Shown: piece by piece, positions 1 to 9,868 of the stretch
How positions within the stretch are numbered: position 1 is the stretch's first letter
How the letters are laid out: each line of letters starts with the position of its first letter
Assembly (NCBI RefSeq): GCF_056712565.1
Contig: NZ_CM160072.1
DNA length: 64,000 nucleotides
Direction: 5' to 3' (one strand)
Position numbers and translations under genes: made by a program
Notes under the pieces: model-generated
The model's database searches: none
What the model was told of the DNA's origin: nothing
Seen by the model: only the letters and a program-made list of their open reading frames with translations

Positions 1-611
1 ATTGGCGGCAGCATTTCGACAATCACCAGACCGTTGTGTAGCCGATTAAGATTAATCTTATTCGAAGTTGTAGAGACGCACACGGGTATAATCGGGACGC
101 CCGCCGCAATTGCCGCGTGAAATGCCCCGGTCTTGAACGGCAGCAGGCCGCGACCACGGCTGCGGGTTCCTTCCGGGAACATCCAGATGGAAATACGGCG
201 TTTTTTGAAGTGATTCACTACTTCCGCAATAGTGCCGTGAGCTTTAGTGCGATTGTTTCTGTCGATCAATAAGTTGCCGGTTAACCAGTACAACTGCCCG
301 AAGAAGGGGATCCACAGCAAGCTCTTTTTACCTACCGTCACTGTCGGCGGCTGCACAATGTTCGATGCCGTCACCATGTCATAATTGTTCTGGTGGTTAG
401 CAATATAGATAGCATTGCCGTAGCTTTCAGCGTCTGCAGGTTTGCGGCACTCCACTTTCAGGCCGAAAAGCGGCGCAAGACGGCCAAACATATGCCCAAA
501 GGTGGCCACATGTTTCGGGTTACGCGGGCTGAAAAGGCAGTAAATGGAGCCGAATACACAGACTAAGATGCTGTAAATCACGGTAATAATAAGACGAAAG
601 ATATATAGCAT
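1..611 (-). CDS. plsC: 1-acyl-sn-glycerol-3-phosphate acyltransferase; N-terminal part only, 3' end lies beyond window start
   Basis: Minus-strand translation from ATG at 609-611 reads MLYIFRLIITVIYSILV..., the PlsC N-terminus; lies downstream of parC as in E. coli. Confidence 0.85.
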   Translation of the reverse strand, partial: MLYIFRLIITVIYSILVCVFGSIYCLFSPRNPKHVATFGHMFGRLAPLFGLKVECRKPADAESYGNAIYIANHQNNYDMVTASNIVQPPTVTVGKKSLLWIPFFGQLYWLTGNLLIDRNNRTKAHGTIAEVVNHFKKRRISIWMFPEGTRSRGRGLLPFKTGAFHAAIAAGVPIIPVCVSTTSNKINLNRLHNGLVIVEMLPP

Positions 612-845
612 AACACCCTCTGAAGGTCTGAGAGACTGGCATTGTACGTCACCTGAAAATCAGGTTAGGGCATTGTTAAAAGCCGCTCTCTGGAAAAGCG
701 TATTGTTAATCGCAACGCATGAATAAACAACGGTTTCAAGGGAATTTTTATCGTTTCCGGGGGTTGAATACGCTGCCGGATGACGACTTAACGTTTCATC
801 CGGCGTTCCTTGCAAGCGGGAGGAAACAGCGCCCTCCCCGGCATA

Positions 846-3104
846 TTACTCTTCGCTATCACCGCTGCTGGCACGGCGAGGAGAGTCGATCTCAACACGA
901 TCGATACGCTGCAAACCGCGCATCAACGTACCGCGGCGTCCACGTTCGCCAGCGACTTTCTGTAGCTCTTCCGGACGCAGTTTAATTTTGCGTTTCCCAA
1001 CATGAATGGTCAGCGTGCTTTGCGGCGGCAGAACGTACAGTTGCGCCAGGCCATCCTCGCCACGCGCGGCTTCTGCCGATGGAATGTTGATAATCTTGTT
1101 GCCTTTGCCCTTCGACAGCTGCGGCAGATCGCTTACCGGGAACATCAACATACGGCCTGCCTGAGTGATTGCCAGCAGCATATCGGAAGCATCTTCAATC
1201 ACCACCGGCGGCATAACATGGGCATTTTCCGGTAAGGTGATCAAAGCCTTACCTGCACGGTTACGCGCCACCAGATCGTTAAAGGTGCAGACGAAACCGT
1301 AACCCGCATCGGAAGCCATCAGCAGTTTCTGATCGTCGCTTTCCATCAGCATATGGTCAACGGTCGCTCCAGGCGGCAACGTTAATTTGCCGGTGAGCGG
1401 CTCGCCCTGACCACGCGCCGACGGCAGCGTAATCGGGTCGATGGCATAGCTACGACCGGTGGAATCAACAAACACTACCGGTTGGTTGCTCTTACCTTTC
1501 ACCGCCGCTTTGAAGCTATCGCCCGCTTTATAATTCAGGCCCGGCGCGTCGATATCATGGCCTTTAGCGCTGCGTACCCAGCCCATCTGCGACAGCACAA
1601 TGGTGACAGGTTCAGACGGCAGCATGTCGTGCTCGCTCATCGCTTTCGCTTCTTCGCGTTCCTGCAACGGCGAACGACGTTCGTCACCGTAGGCTTGCGC
1701 GTCTGCCTGCAGTTCTTTCTTCAGCAGGTTATTCATTTTACGCTCGGAAGCCAAAATGCCCTGCAACTGGTCGCGCTCTTTTTCCAGCTCACTCTGCTCA
1801 CCGCGAATCTTCATCTCTTCCAGTTTGGCAAGATGACGCAGTTTCAGTTCGAGGATCGCTTCCGCCTGGGTTTCCGTAAGGCCAAACCGCGACATCAGCG
1901 CCGGTTTCGGTTCATCTTCATTACGAATGATCTCAATCACTTCGTCGATATTGAGAAACGCCACCAGCAAACCTTCGAGGATATGCAGGCGCTTGAGGAC
2001 TTTCTCCAGACGATAGTTCAGTCGGCGGCGCACGGTATCGCGGCGGAACACCAGCCATTCGGAGAGGATTTCCAGCAGGTTTTTCACCGCCGGACGACCA
2101 TCCAGACCGATCATATTGAGGTTAATGCGATAGCTCTTTTCCAGATCGGTGGTAGCGAAGAGGTGGTTCATCACCTGATCCATATCCACGCGGTTGGAGC
2201 GCGGCACAATCACCAGACGGGTCGGGTTCTCGTGGTCAGATTCATCGCGCAGATCGTCAACCATCGGCAGCTTTTTGTTGCGCATTTGCGCAGCAATTTG
2301 CTCCAGTACGCGCGCACCTGAAACCTGATGCGGCAATGCGCTGATAACCACCGCGCCATCTTCTTTCTTCCAAACCGCGCGCATACGCACTGAACCACGT
2401 CCGTTCTCGTAGATTTTACGAATCTCGGCGCGCGAAGTGATAATTTCCGCTTCAGTCGGATAATCCGGCCCCTGCACGATATCCAGCAGCTGATCGAGCG
2501 TGGTTTTCGGCTGGTCGATTAATGCGATTGCCGCCTGAGCCACTTCACGCAGGTTATGCGGTGGAATATCGGTCGCCATGCCGACGGCAATACCGGTGGT
2601 GCCGTTAAGCAAAATGTTTGGCAGACGGGCAGGTAGCATTTTCGGCTCCTGCAAAGTGCCGTCGAAGTTTGGCACCCAGTCAGCCGTCCCCTGCCCCAGC
2701 TCGCTCAATAGCAGCTCGGAATATTTCGACAACCGGGATTCGGTGTAACGCATTGCCGCGAACGATTTCGGATCGTCCGGCGCCCCCCAGTTCCCCTGAC
2801 CATCAACCAGCGGATAACGGTAAGAGAACGGCTGCGCCATCAGGACCATCGCTTCATAACAGGCACTATCGCCGTGCGGATGGTATTTACCCAGTACGTC
2901 ACCGACGGTACGGGCCGATTTTTTAAATTTGGCGCTGGCATTCAGGCCCAGTTCAGACATCGCATACACAATGCGCCGCTGAACGGGTTTCAGACCATCA
3001 CCAATAAACGGCAACGCACGGTCCATGATCACGTACATGGAGTAGTTTAAGTAGGCGTTTTCCGTAAATTCATGTAGCGCAAGGCGCTCTGCCATATCGC
3101 TCAT
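846..3104 (-). CDS. parC: DNA topoisomerase IV subunit A
   Basis: 752-aa ORF beginning [32 protein letters not shown]..., recognised ParC. Confidence 0.95.
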
Positions 3105-3241
3105 TAATTCTGATTCCTCAACTTATTCGCCAGCCTTCAAAGGGGCAATATTGCCGGAGATACTACATTATCTGCCGCGTCGAGTCACAGGAGATCAGCG
3201 TGAATAGCGCCGCCGGACGTGCTCCGGCGGCGATAAAGGCA

Positions 3242-4849
3242 TCAATGTGCCTTGATATACAACTCTTTGCTGTAGACATAATCCTGGGGATTATGCAGCG
3301 GAAAACCGCCAACGTAGGGTTTAAGCAGTTTGATTAACGGCTGATAGTAGATGGGAATCAGCGGTGCCTGCTGGTTGATGATCACTTCTGCCTGCTGATA
3401 CAACGCATTACGCTTTGTCGCATCAGTGATCTGCGTGGCCTGGTTTAGTAAGGCGTCATACTGCGCATTTTTCCAGTGACCGACGTTTTCTTCACTATCG
3501 CTTTTGAGCGTGTTCAGGAAGCTGGAGGCATCATTGTACGTCGCATCCCACGACTGCCGAGACAGCATAAAATCACCGGCTCGTCGGGCATCAAGATAGG
3601 TTTTCCACTCCATTGTGCGCAGCGTCACCTGTGCACCCAGCCATTTTTTCCATTCGGAAGACAACGCTATCGCGGTCTTTTCATGCAGATCGTACTTGTT
3701 GTAGAACAGCTCAAAGCGTAGCGGATGAGAGGCGTCGTATCCCGCCTGTTTCAGCAAGACTTTTGCCATCGCGACGCGCTCACTCATTGGCTTTTGCAGT
3801 TCATCGAACGTCGTCGCGCTAAAGCCTTTTACCTCTGGCGGCGTCAGCGTGGTTGCGGGCGTTCTCAACCCCAGTACCTTTTGCGCAATAAGCTGTCGAT
3901 CAACCGTAAGATATAGCGCCCGACGCACCCGCACATCGTTAAATGGCGGTTTCTCAAGGTTAAAGTTGTAATATTCGCTGTTCAGACGCGGGATAATTCG
4001 TAGCTCGCCAGGCTGTGATTTTTCAATGGCGGGAATTTGCTGCGCCGGAACCCAGGTGAGATCGACCTCTCCCGCGCGATAGCGGTTATAGCCGGTGACC
4101 GAATTATCCAGCGCCAGATACTCAACCTGTTGCAATACTGTATGTTGCGCATCGCGGTACTTTGGATTTTTGCGTGCAGTAATCTTTTCGTTAACTACCC
4201 ATTTATCAAGCACAAAGGCACCGTTGTAAACCATGTTCTCTGGCTTACTCCAGCTATCGCCATGTTTAGCGATGACATGATGAGGAACCGGGAACAGCGT
4301 CGGCCAGGCGAGCATCGTCGTGAACCAAGGAACTGGCTGCTCAAGCGTAACTTCAAGAGTACGATCATCCGTCGCTTTGACACCCAGCGATGTAACATCT
4401 GCTTTACCCGCAACAATAGCCGCGGCATTGTTAATGTGCGCCTGTGCCAGATAGCCAGCAAAAGGGCTTGCCGTTTTCGGGTCAACCGCGCGCTGCCAGC
4501 CGAGGACAAAATCCTCTGCCGTCAGAGGCTGACCGTCTGACCACTGCAAACCGCTACGCAGATGGAAAATATAGCGCTTGCCGTCGTCAAGTATCTCCCA
4601 GCGTTCAGCCTGAGCGGGCTGCACCTGGCCTTCACCGTCCATCCATACCAGACCTTCAAACAGATCCAGCACAATCTGCGCGGCAGTATTCTCCTCTACC
4701 TTTTGCGGGTCGAGCGTGCCTGGGTCGCTATGATTGTTGTAACGAAAGACTTGTTGCGGGGCGAGCGGTGTGTTGGCGGGAACGTCAGCAGCGTAGAGAG
4801 GAGCCGCACTTACCAGGCTGACCAGCCATAATAAATTTCGCGTATACAT
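3242..4849 (-). CDS. ygiS: periplasmic solute-binding protein (family 5 SBP; YgiS)
   Basis: ORF 3242-4912; start placed at internal Met MYTRNLLWLVSLVSAAPLYA (signal peptide), giving 535 aa. Confidence 0.85.
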   Translation of the reverse strand: MYTRNLLWLVSLVSAAPLYAADVPANTPLAPQQVFRYNNHSDPGTLDPQKVEENTAAQIVLDLFEGLVWMDGEGQVQPAQAERWEILDDGKRYIFHLRSGLQWSDGQPLTAEDFVLGWQRAVDPKTASPFAGYLAQAHINNAAAIVAGKADVTSLGVKATDDRTLEVTLEQPVPWFTTMLAWPTLFPVPHHVIAKHGDSWSKPENMVYNGAFVLDKWVVNEKITARKNPKYRDAQHTVLQQVEYLALDNSVTGYNRYRAGEVDLTWVPAQQIPAIEKSQPGELRIIPRLNSEYYNFNLEKPPFNDVRVRRALYLTVDRQLIAQKVLGLRTPATTLTPPEVKGFSATTFDELQKPMSERVAMAKVLLKQAGYDASHPLRFELFYNKYDLHEKTAIALSSEWKKWLGAQVTLRTMEWKTYLDARRAGDFMLSRQSWDATYNDASSFLNTLKSDSEENVGHWKNAQYDALLNQATQITDATKRNALYQQAEVIINQQAPLIPIYYQPLIKLLKPYVGGFPLHNPQDYVYSKELYIKAH

Positions 4850-4957
4850 GGTATTCCTTACCGGAGAAATTATAAGCCCGACAACAATACGCCTGTGGCA
4901 TTGTTTGCTCAAACTTATCGCGAGTGATTTGGCTCACACTCCGGTAAAGATTCCCCA

Positions 4958-5440
4958 TCACGCCAACGGCACATAAATATCCGTTTCCAGTCGCCGCTCT
5001 GTCATCCCTTCGGCAAGATTGGTGTAGTGAAACAGGATCGGGGCTTTGCGCATTTTTTCGCCGCTTGCAGGTAGCCAGTGGCGAATGATGCCCCATATCG
5101 TGTGTGAAATATCGTCCAGCTCGCCAACATGGCGGGCAACAGCATAACGCCCACCGGTAAGTTCGCCATTACTCACGCCATAACGATTATCGGGGATCGG
5201 TTCGCTAACGCTGCCGCAGATATCAAAGCGAAACGCTTCCGGTGCGGTGGTGGCAGGGTCGTCCCAGGCGACGCCAAAAGTCTGGCTTTGGTTAACAGGA
5301 GAAAGCCCCGTCTCTTTACGCCACATGATAAATTTCGCCACGCTATAGTTGAGCAACTCAGGGCTACAGCGGTGCGGCAACATCGCCACAGGGATTGATG
5401 GGAAATCGATAATATTTACATCCAGTGTCAGGTTTGTCAT
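4958..5440 (-). CDS. ygiV: GyrI-like small-molecule-binding domain protein / transcriptional regulator YgiV
   Basis: 160-aa ORF in the expected position between ygiS and ygiW. Confidence 0.8.
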   Translation of the reverse strand: MTNLTLDVNIIDFPSIPVAMLPHRCSPELLNYSVAKFIMWRKETGLSPVNQSQTFGVAWDDPATTAPEAFRFDICGSVSEPIPDNRYGVSNGELTGGRYAVARHVGELDDISHTIWGIIRHWLPASGEKMRKAPILFHYTNLAEGMTERRLETDIYVPLA

Positions 5441-5492
5441 TTTGCCTCCCTGCGAAATTATTCCCGGGAACGCGTCCCGGGAGCGGTAACAA

Positions 5493-5885
5493 TTACGGAT
5501 TTACTTTGCGGATCTGTTTGACGTCAATTTCAACAGAATTCCAGTCTTTATCGACTTCCCCCTGAATCTCAACCGTATCTTTCGGCGTCACCGTCACGCC
5601 GTTCCAGCGTTTGTGGTCGATATCAACATTGATAGTACCGCTGGCATCTTTGAACACGTAGAGATCGTCAGAGATGCGTTCAACGATATTGCCGCGTAGG
5701 GTTACCCAGGTGTCGTCACGCAGGGATTTTGCGCTTTCTACGGTCGTTACGCTGCCGTTCGGCCCCTGGAATCCTCCGGCCTGACTTTGCGTTGCCGATG
5801 GGCCAGAAAAACCTCCCTGCTCTGCTGCCATAACCGGTGCACTGCACAGGGCCATTACTGCGATTACTGCTGCGAATTTTTTCAT
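5493..5885 (-). CDS. ygiW: BOF/YgiW-family periplasmic stress protein
   Basis: Start placed at MKKFAAVIAVMALCSAPVMA (signal peptide), 130 aa; divergent from qseBC. Confidence 0.85.
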   Translation of the reverse strand: MKKFAAVIAVMALCSAPVMAAEQGGFSGPSATQSQAGGFQGPNGSVTTVESAKSLRDDTWVTLRGNIVERISDDLYVFKDASGTINVDIDHKRWNGVTVTPKDTVEIQGEVDKDWNSVEIDVKQIRKVNP

Positions 5886-6036
5886 GTTTATTACTCCCTT
5901 TAATGTCTGTTTCCGAGCATTTAACAAGATAGTCCTTAACAACTTCTTAAGGGAAAAAAATAAAATTTAATGCTGTACAGAGCGCGTTACAACACGGTTT
6001 ACTGGCAGCAAATACGGTTATCGCAGGGATGAAAAA

Positions 6037-6696
6037 ATGCGAATTTTACTGATAGAAGATGACATGCTGATTGGCGACGGCATCAAAACGGGCCTTAGTA
6101 AAATGGGTTTTAGCGTCGACTGGTTTACACAAGGTCGTCAGGGAAAAGAGGCGCTATATAGCGCACCTTATGATGCGGTGATCCTGGATTTAACCTTACC
6201 GGGCATGGATGGTCGCGATATTTTGCGCGAATGGCGAGAAAAAGGTCAGCGTGAGCCGGTACTGATCCTGACCGCGCGCGATGCGCTGGCGGAACGTGTA
6301 GAAGGGCTGCGTCTGGGAGCTGACGATTATCTGTGTAAACCTTTTGCGTTGATAGAAGTCGCCGCCAGGCTGGAAGCTCTGATGCGCCGAACCAACGGCC
6401 AGGCCAGCAACGAGCTGCGCCACGGCAACGTCATGCTCGACCCCGGCAAACGTATCGCCACGCTGGCTGGCGAACCCTTAACGCTGAAACCAAAAGAATT
6501 TGCCCTGCTGGAATTACTGATGCGTAACGCTGGTCGGGTACTGCCGCGCAAACTGATTGAAGAGAAACTGTATACCTGGGACGAAGAGGTCACCAGTAAT
6601 GCCGTTGAAGTGCATGTGCATCATCTGCGACGCAAACTCGGCAGTGATTTTATTCGTACCGTGCATGGTATTGGCTACACATTAGGTGAGAAATGA
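6037..6696 (+). CDS. qseB: two-component response regulator QseB (OmpR family)
   Basis: 219-aa ORF with receiver domain (MRILLIEDD...) and winged-helix C-terminus; 4-bp overlap with following kinase gene. Confidence 0.92.
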   Translation: MRILLIEDDMLIGDGIKTGLSKMGFSVDWFTQGRQGKEALYSAPYDAVILDLTLPGMDGRDILREWREKGQREPVLILTARDALAERVEGLRLGADDYLCKPFALIEVAARLEALMRRTNGQASNELRHGNVMLDPGKRIATLAGEPLTLKPKEFALLELLMRNAGRVLPRKLIEEKLYTWDEEVTSNAVEVHVHHLRRKLGSDFIRTVHGIGYTLGEK

Positions 6697-8042
6697 AATT
6701 TACCCAACGTCTTAGTCTGCGAGTCAGGCTGACGCTAATCTTTTTAATTCTGGCCTCGGTGACCTGGCTGCTTTCCAGCTTTGTCGCCTGGAAACAAACA
6801 ACGGATAACGTCGATGAGTTGTTCGACACCCAACTGATGCTGTTTGCCAAACGGTTAAGTACGCTCGATCTCAACGAAATCAACGCGGCGGATCGCATGG
6901 CACAGACGCCAAATAAATTAAAACACGGTCATGTTGATGACGATGCGCTGACTTTTGCCATCTTTACCCACGACGGCAGAATGGTCCTTAACGATGGCGA
7001 TAACGGAGAAGATATTCCCTATAGCTATCAGCGGGAAGGTTTTGCTGACGGGCAACTGGTCGGTGAAGACGATCCCTGGCGTTTTGTCTGGATGACCTCA
7101 CCTGATGGCAAATATCGCATCGTTGTGGGTCAGGAATGGGAATACCGTGAAGACATGGCGCTGGCGATTGTTGCCGGACAATTGATCCCGTGGCTGGTCG
7201 CACTGCCGATTATGTTAATCATCATGATGGTACTACTGGGTCGTGAACTCGCGCCGCTGAACAAATTGGCGCTGGCACTACGTATGCGTGACCCAGACTC
7301 GGAAAAACCACTAAACGCGACGGGCGTACCCAGCGAAGTGCGCCCACTGGTTGAGTCGCTAAATCAACTGTTCGCCCGCACACATGCGATGATGGTTCGT
7401 GAACGACGCTTTACCTCCGACGCAGCTCACGAACTTCGTAGCCCGTTAACGGCGCTGAAAGTGCAAACCGAAGTTGCTCAGCTCTCTGACGATGATCCGC
7501 AGGCGCGGAAAAAAGCGCTGCTCCAATTACATTCCGGGATCGATCGCGCTACTCGTCTGGTTGATCAACTGCTCACGCTATCGCGGCTGGACTCACTGGA
7601 TAACCTTCAGGACGTCGCGGAGATCCCGCTTGAAGATCTCCTGCAATCGTCGGTGATGGATATTTACCACACGGCGCAGCAGGCGAACATTGACGTGCGA
7701 CTGACACTCAATGCCAACGGCATCAAACGCACCGGACAACCGCTATTGCTAAGTTTGTTGGTGCGAAATTTGCTGGATAACGCCGTGCGTTACAGTCCAC
7801 AAGGTAGCGTGGTAGACGTCACGCTGAATGCCGATAATTTCATCGTGAGGGATAACGGCCCCGGTGTGACGCCAGAGGCACTGGCGCGAATTGGCGAACG
7901 CTTCTATCGCCCACCCGGACAAACCGCTACCGGCAGTGGACTTGGGCTATCGATTGTCCAGCGAATCGCCAAGCTGCATGACATGAATGTTGAATTTGGG
8001 AATGCGGAACAAGGTGGATTTGAGGCGAAGGTAAGCTGGTAA
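6693..8042 (+). CDS. qseC: sensor histidine kinase QseC
   Basis: 449-aa ORF with two TM segments, H-box (AAHELRSPL) and ATPase motifs. Confidence 0.92.
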   Translation: MKFTQRLSLRVRLTLIFLILASVTWLLSSFVAWKQTTDNVDELFDTQLMLFAKRLSTLDLNEINAADRMAQTPNKLKHGHVDDDALTFAIFTHDGRMVLNDGDNGEDIPYSYQREGFADGQLVGEDDPWRFVWMTSPDGKYRIVVGQEWEYREDMALAIVAGQLIPWLVALPIMLIIMMVLLGRELAPLNKLALALRMRDPDSEKPLNATGVPSEVRPLVESLNQLFARTHAMMVRERRFTSDAAHELRSPLTALKVQTEVAQLSDDDPQARKKALLQLHSGIDRATRLVDQLLTLSRLDSLDNLQDVAEIPLEDLLQSSVMDIYHTAQQANIDVRLTLNANGIKRTGQPLLLSLLVRNLLDNAVRYSPQGSVVDVTLNADNFIVRDNGPGVTPEALARIGERFYRPPGQTATGSGLGLSIVQRIAKLHDMNVEFGNAEQGGFEAKVSW

Positions 8043-8049
8043 CTTCTCT

Positions 8050-8083
8050 GTCTATGAGAGCCGTTAAAACGACTCTCATAGAC
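8050..8083. terminator. bidirectional hairpin between convergent qseC and ygiZ
   Basis: Perfect 11-bp inverted repeat gtctatgagag ... ctctcatagac with 12-nt loop. Confidence 0.55.
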
Positions 8084-8087
8084 TTTA

Positions 8088-8420
8088 CTAATAGCAAAAT
8101 ATAAACCGTCCCCAAAAAAGCCACCAACCACAACCCAGACAAATAACGAGCGAGAATACATATAGCCAAAACTCGAACATTTCCCGCATAAAGAGTTTTC
8201 TTAAGATAAGAATAATAAGTGGTGTCAGAAGAAAAAATGCTGCAATCATTGCTTGCAATATACGATCTTCGCCTGAAACAGAAGGTATACTGCAAATATT
8301 GTCTCCCGACTCAAGCATCCAGTCATACTTATTGAAAGCAAAAAAAGAATCTATTAACCAATAAGTAAGCATTATATATAATAGTGCTTCAAATATTGAT
8401 AGTAGTTGTTTTTTTAACAT
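8088..8420 (-). CDS. ygiZ: small inner-membrane protein (about 3 TM helices); YgiZ-like; possible immunity protein of adjacent effector
   Basis: 110-aa ORF, hydrophobic segments, AT-rich; immediately downstream of the effector-like gene (6-bp gap). Confidence 0.6.
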   Translation of the reverse strand: MLKKQLLSIFEALLYIMLTYWLIDSFFAFNKYDWMLESGDNICSIPSVSGEDRILQAMIAAFFLLTPLIILILRKLFMREMFEFWLYVFSLVICLGCGWWLFWGRFIFCY

Positions 8421-8426
8421 ATCTGA

Positions 8427-9137
8427 TTACTCATTAATCAATTTTTTGATATGTTCTCTAATCTCTAACAACCTCATACCATAAGAGATGAATTTATAAT
8501 CATCTGTATCACGCGCAGGCAAATTATTAATTAAACAAATAAAAAAACCCAAATCTCGTTCAACACCACGATTATATCTAATACCAGCCATAATATACTG
8601 CTCATTCGTCATATACAGTGTTGCCGAAGAGGGATAATCAAAAAGAACAAGATCTCTTAAATAAGTAGCAGCAATTTGAAAGGTAAAATCATCCTCCATT
8701 AGGCATGTCGCTAACTCTAACTGATTTCTGGTAGTTAATTCTGAAGGGTCTAGACCTAGAGTAATCGCTGCGGTTCGTATTTGTATACCCATTGAGCCAA
8801 ATGATGTTTTATTTTCAGGCATATCTAACAATCCGATCATTCTTTTTGTTTCATATATCTGAAACTTATAATTTTCAGGCATACCTCCTGACTCAATCCA
8901 GGCCACGCCGCCCAGTAACTCTGGACGAATTCCAGCGGCGTATGCATGTTTAATTATTTTGTCTCTATTATATTGTACATATGCATCTTTATAAGCATTT
9001 AAATAATATACTCCTGAACGGCGACGCGAATCATTTTTTCCTAACTTCCAGAGTAAAACGTCCATTTCATCCCATTTACGGAACTTCGCTTGTGGAATTG
9101 TACAATATCTATTTTTTATAGTGAGATCGCTTTTCAT
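8427..9137 (-). CDS. hypothetical protein with lytic transglycosylase/lysozyme-like (SLT/GH23-type) motifs; candidate Hcp-associated T6SS effector
   Basis: ORF 8427-9164; start placed at ATG 9135-9137 (MKSDLTIKNRY...), 2 bp after hcp stop, with AAGGA RBS inside hcp 3' end. Motifs GGVAWIESGG, FGSMGIQ and AGIRYNRG in SLT-like order; no N-terminal signal peptide. Confidence 0.55.
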   Translation of the reverse strand: MKSDLTIKNRYCTIPQAKFRKWDEMDVLLWKLGKNDSRRRSGVYYLNAYKDAYVQYNRDKIIKHAYAAGIRPELLGGVAWIESGGMPENYKFQIYETKRMIGLLDMPENKTSFGSMGIQIRTAAITLGLDPSELTTRNQLELATCLMEDDFTFQIAATYLRDLVLFDYPSSATLYMTNEQYIMAGIRYNRGVERDLGFFICLINNLPARDTDDYKFISYGMRLLEIREHIKKLINE

Positions 9138-9139
9138 AT

Positions 9140-9619
9140 TTAAAAAATCCTTTCTTCCCAACAACTATATGATTCCGTACTCGCGATATGGTGCTTCCAT
9201 GTTATATTTTTATAATTAAGAACAATGACATCTTCCGGCTGATTACCCGCATGTGTAATTGAGTGTGGATAACATGTCAGAATATTCGATAAATGTGCTC
9301 CTTGCAATTCAATTGTGTAAAACCTTTCAATACAACCGCCAGAATTAATTCTATAAAAATTAAATACAGCTGATAACTCTTCATTTTCAGAAAGAGCGGC
9401 ATTTAATAAAGGGGAGGATTTATCTATTGGCTTGTAAAATTTTATGGGGTGATGCACTACATTATACTCTCGACTTAAAGAATGGTCGAACTGTAAAACA
9501 AAAATTTCATCCACATGATTTATTTGATATTTATTACCAATAGATGCATACGAACCACAACCCTCAGAGATCAAACCTTGTATTTTCCCTTTAATTGATA
9601 AGTATATCATATTTGACAT
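9140..9619 (-). CDS. hcp: Hcp family type VI secretion system tube protein (orphan hcp)
   Basis: 159-aa ORF MSNMIYLSIKGKIQG...; typical Hcp length and conserved blocks (N-terminal YL.IKG, central FYKPIDKSSPLL, C-terminal ITWKH) recognised from memory of Hcp1-family proteins. Confidence 0.75.
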   Translation of the reverse strand: MSNMIYLSIKGKIQGLISEGCGSYASIGNKYQINHVDEIFVLQFDHSLSREYNVVHHPIKFYKPIDKSSPLLNAALSENEELSAVFNFYRINSGGCIERFYTIELQGAHLSNILTCYPHSITHAGNQPEDVIVLNYKNITWKHHIASTESYSCWEERIF

Positions 9620-9868
9620 ATATATTCTCCATAATCATTTTTTCCGAAAAACTCCTGTATCATTTGCATAATACATCTCTCCTGTGGGAGCTTATGGGAA
9701 GTTGATTTAAGTATTGTCATTTTCAGAAAATATTTATCCCGCATCGGTGAATCAGAGAAAGATCAGACTTTTGCTAAATTCGCAAAAGACTTTGCACATT
9801 TTGCTAATTTCACCGTACCGCTCTGTGACGTACTATAGTCGGCAAACGTCTCACCTTGAGGTTAAAAA

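Noticed and set aside
1482-2321. 279-aa plus-strand ORF inside parC
   Set aside because: Antisense to parC; no RBS context; composition typical of shadow ORF.
9140-9619. Alternative reading of the 159-aa protein as a phage tail tube protein / prophage remnant
   Set aside because: No other phage genes (integrase, terminase, capsid, tail sheath) anywhere nearby; size and sequence blocks fit stand-alone Hcp better. It remains formally untested without a profile search.
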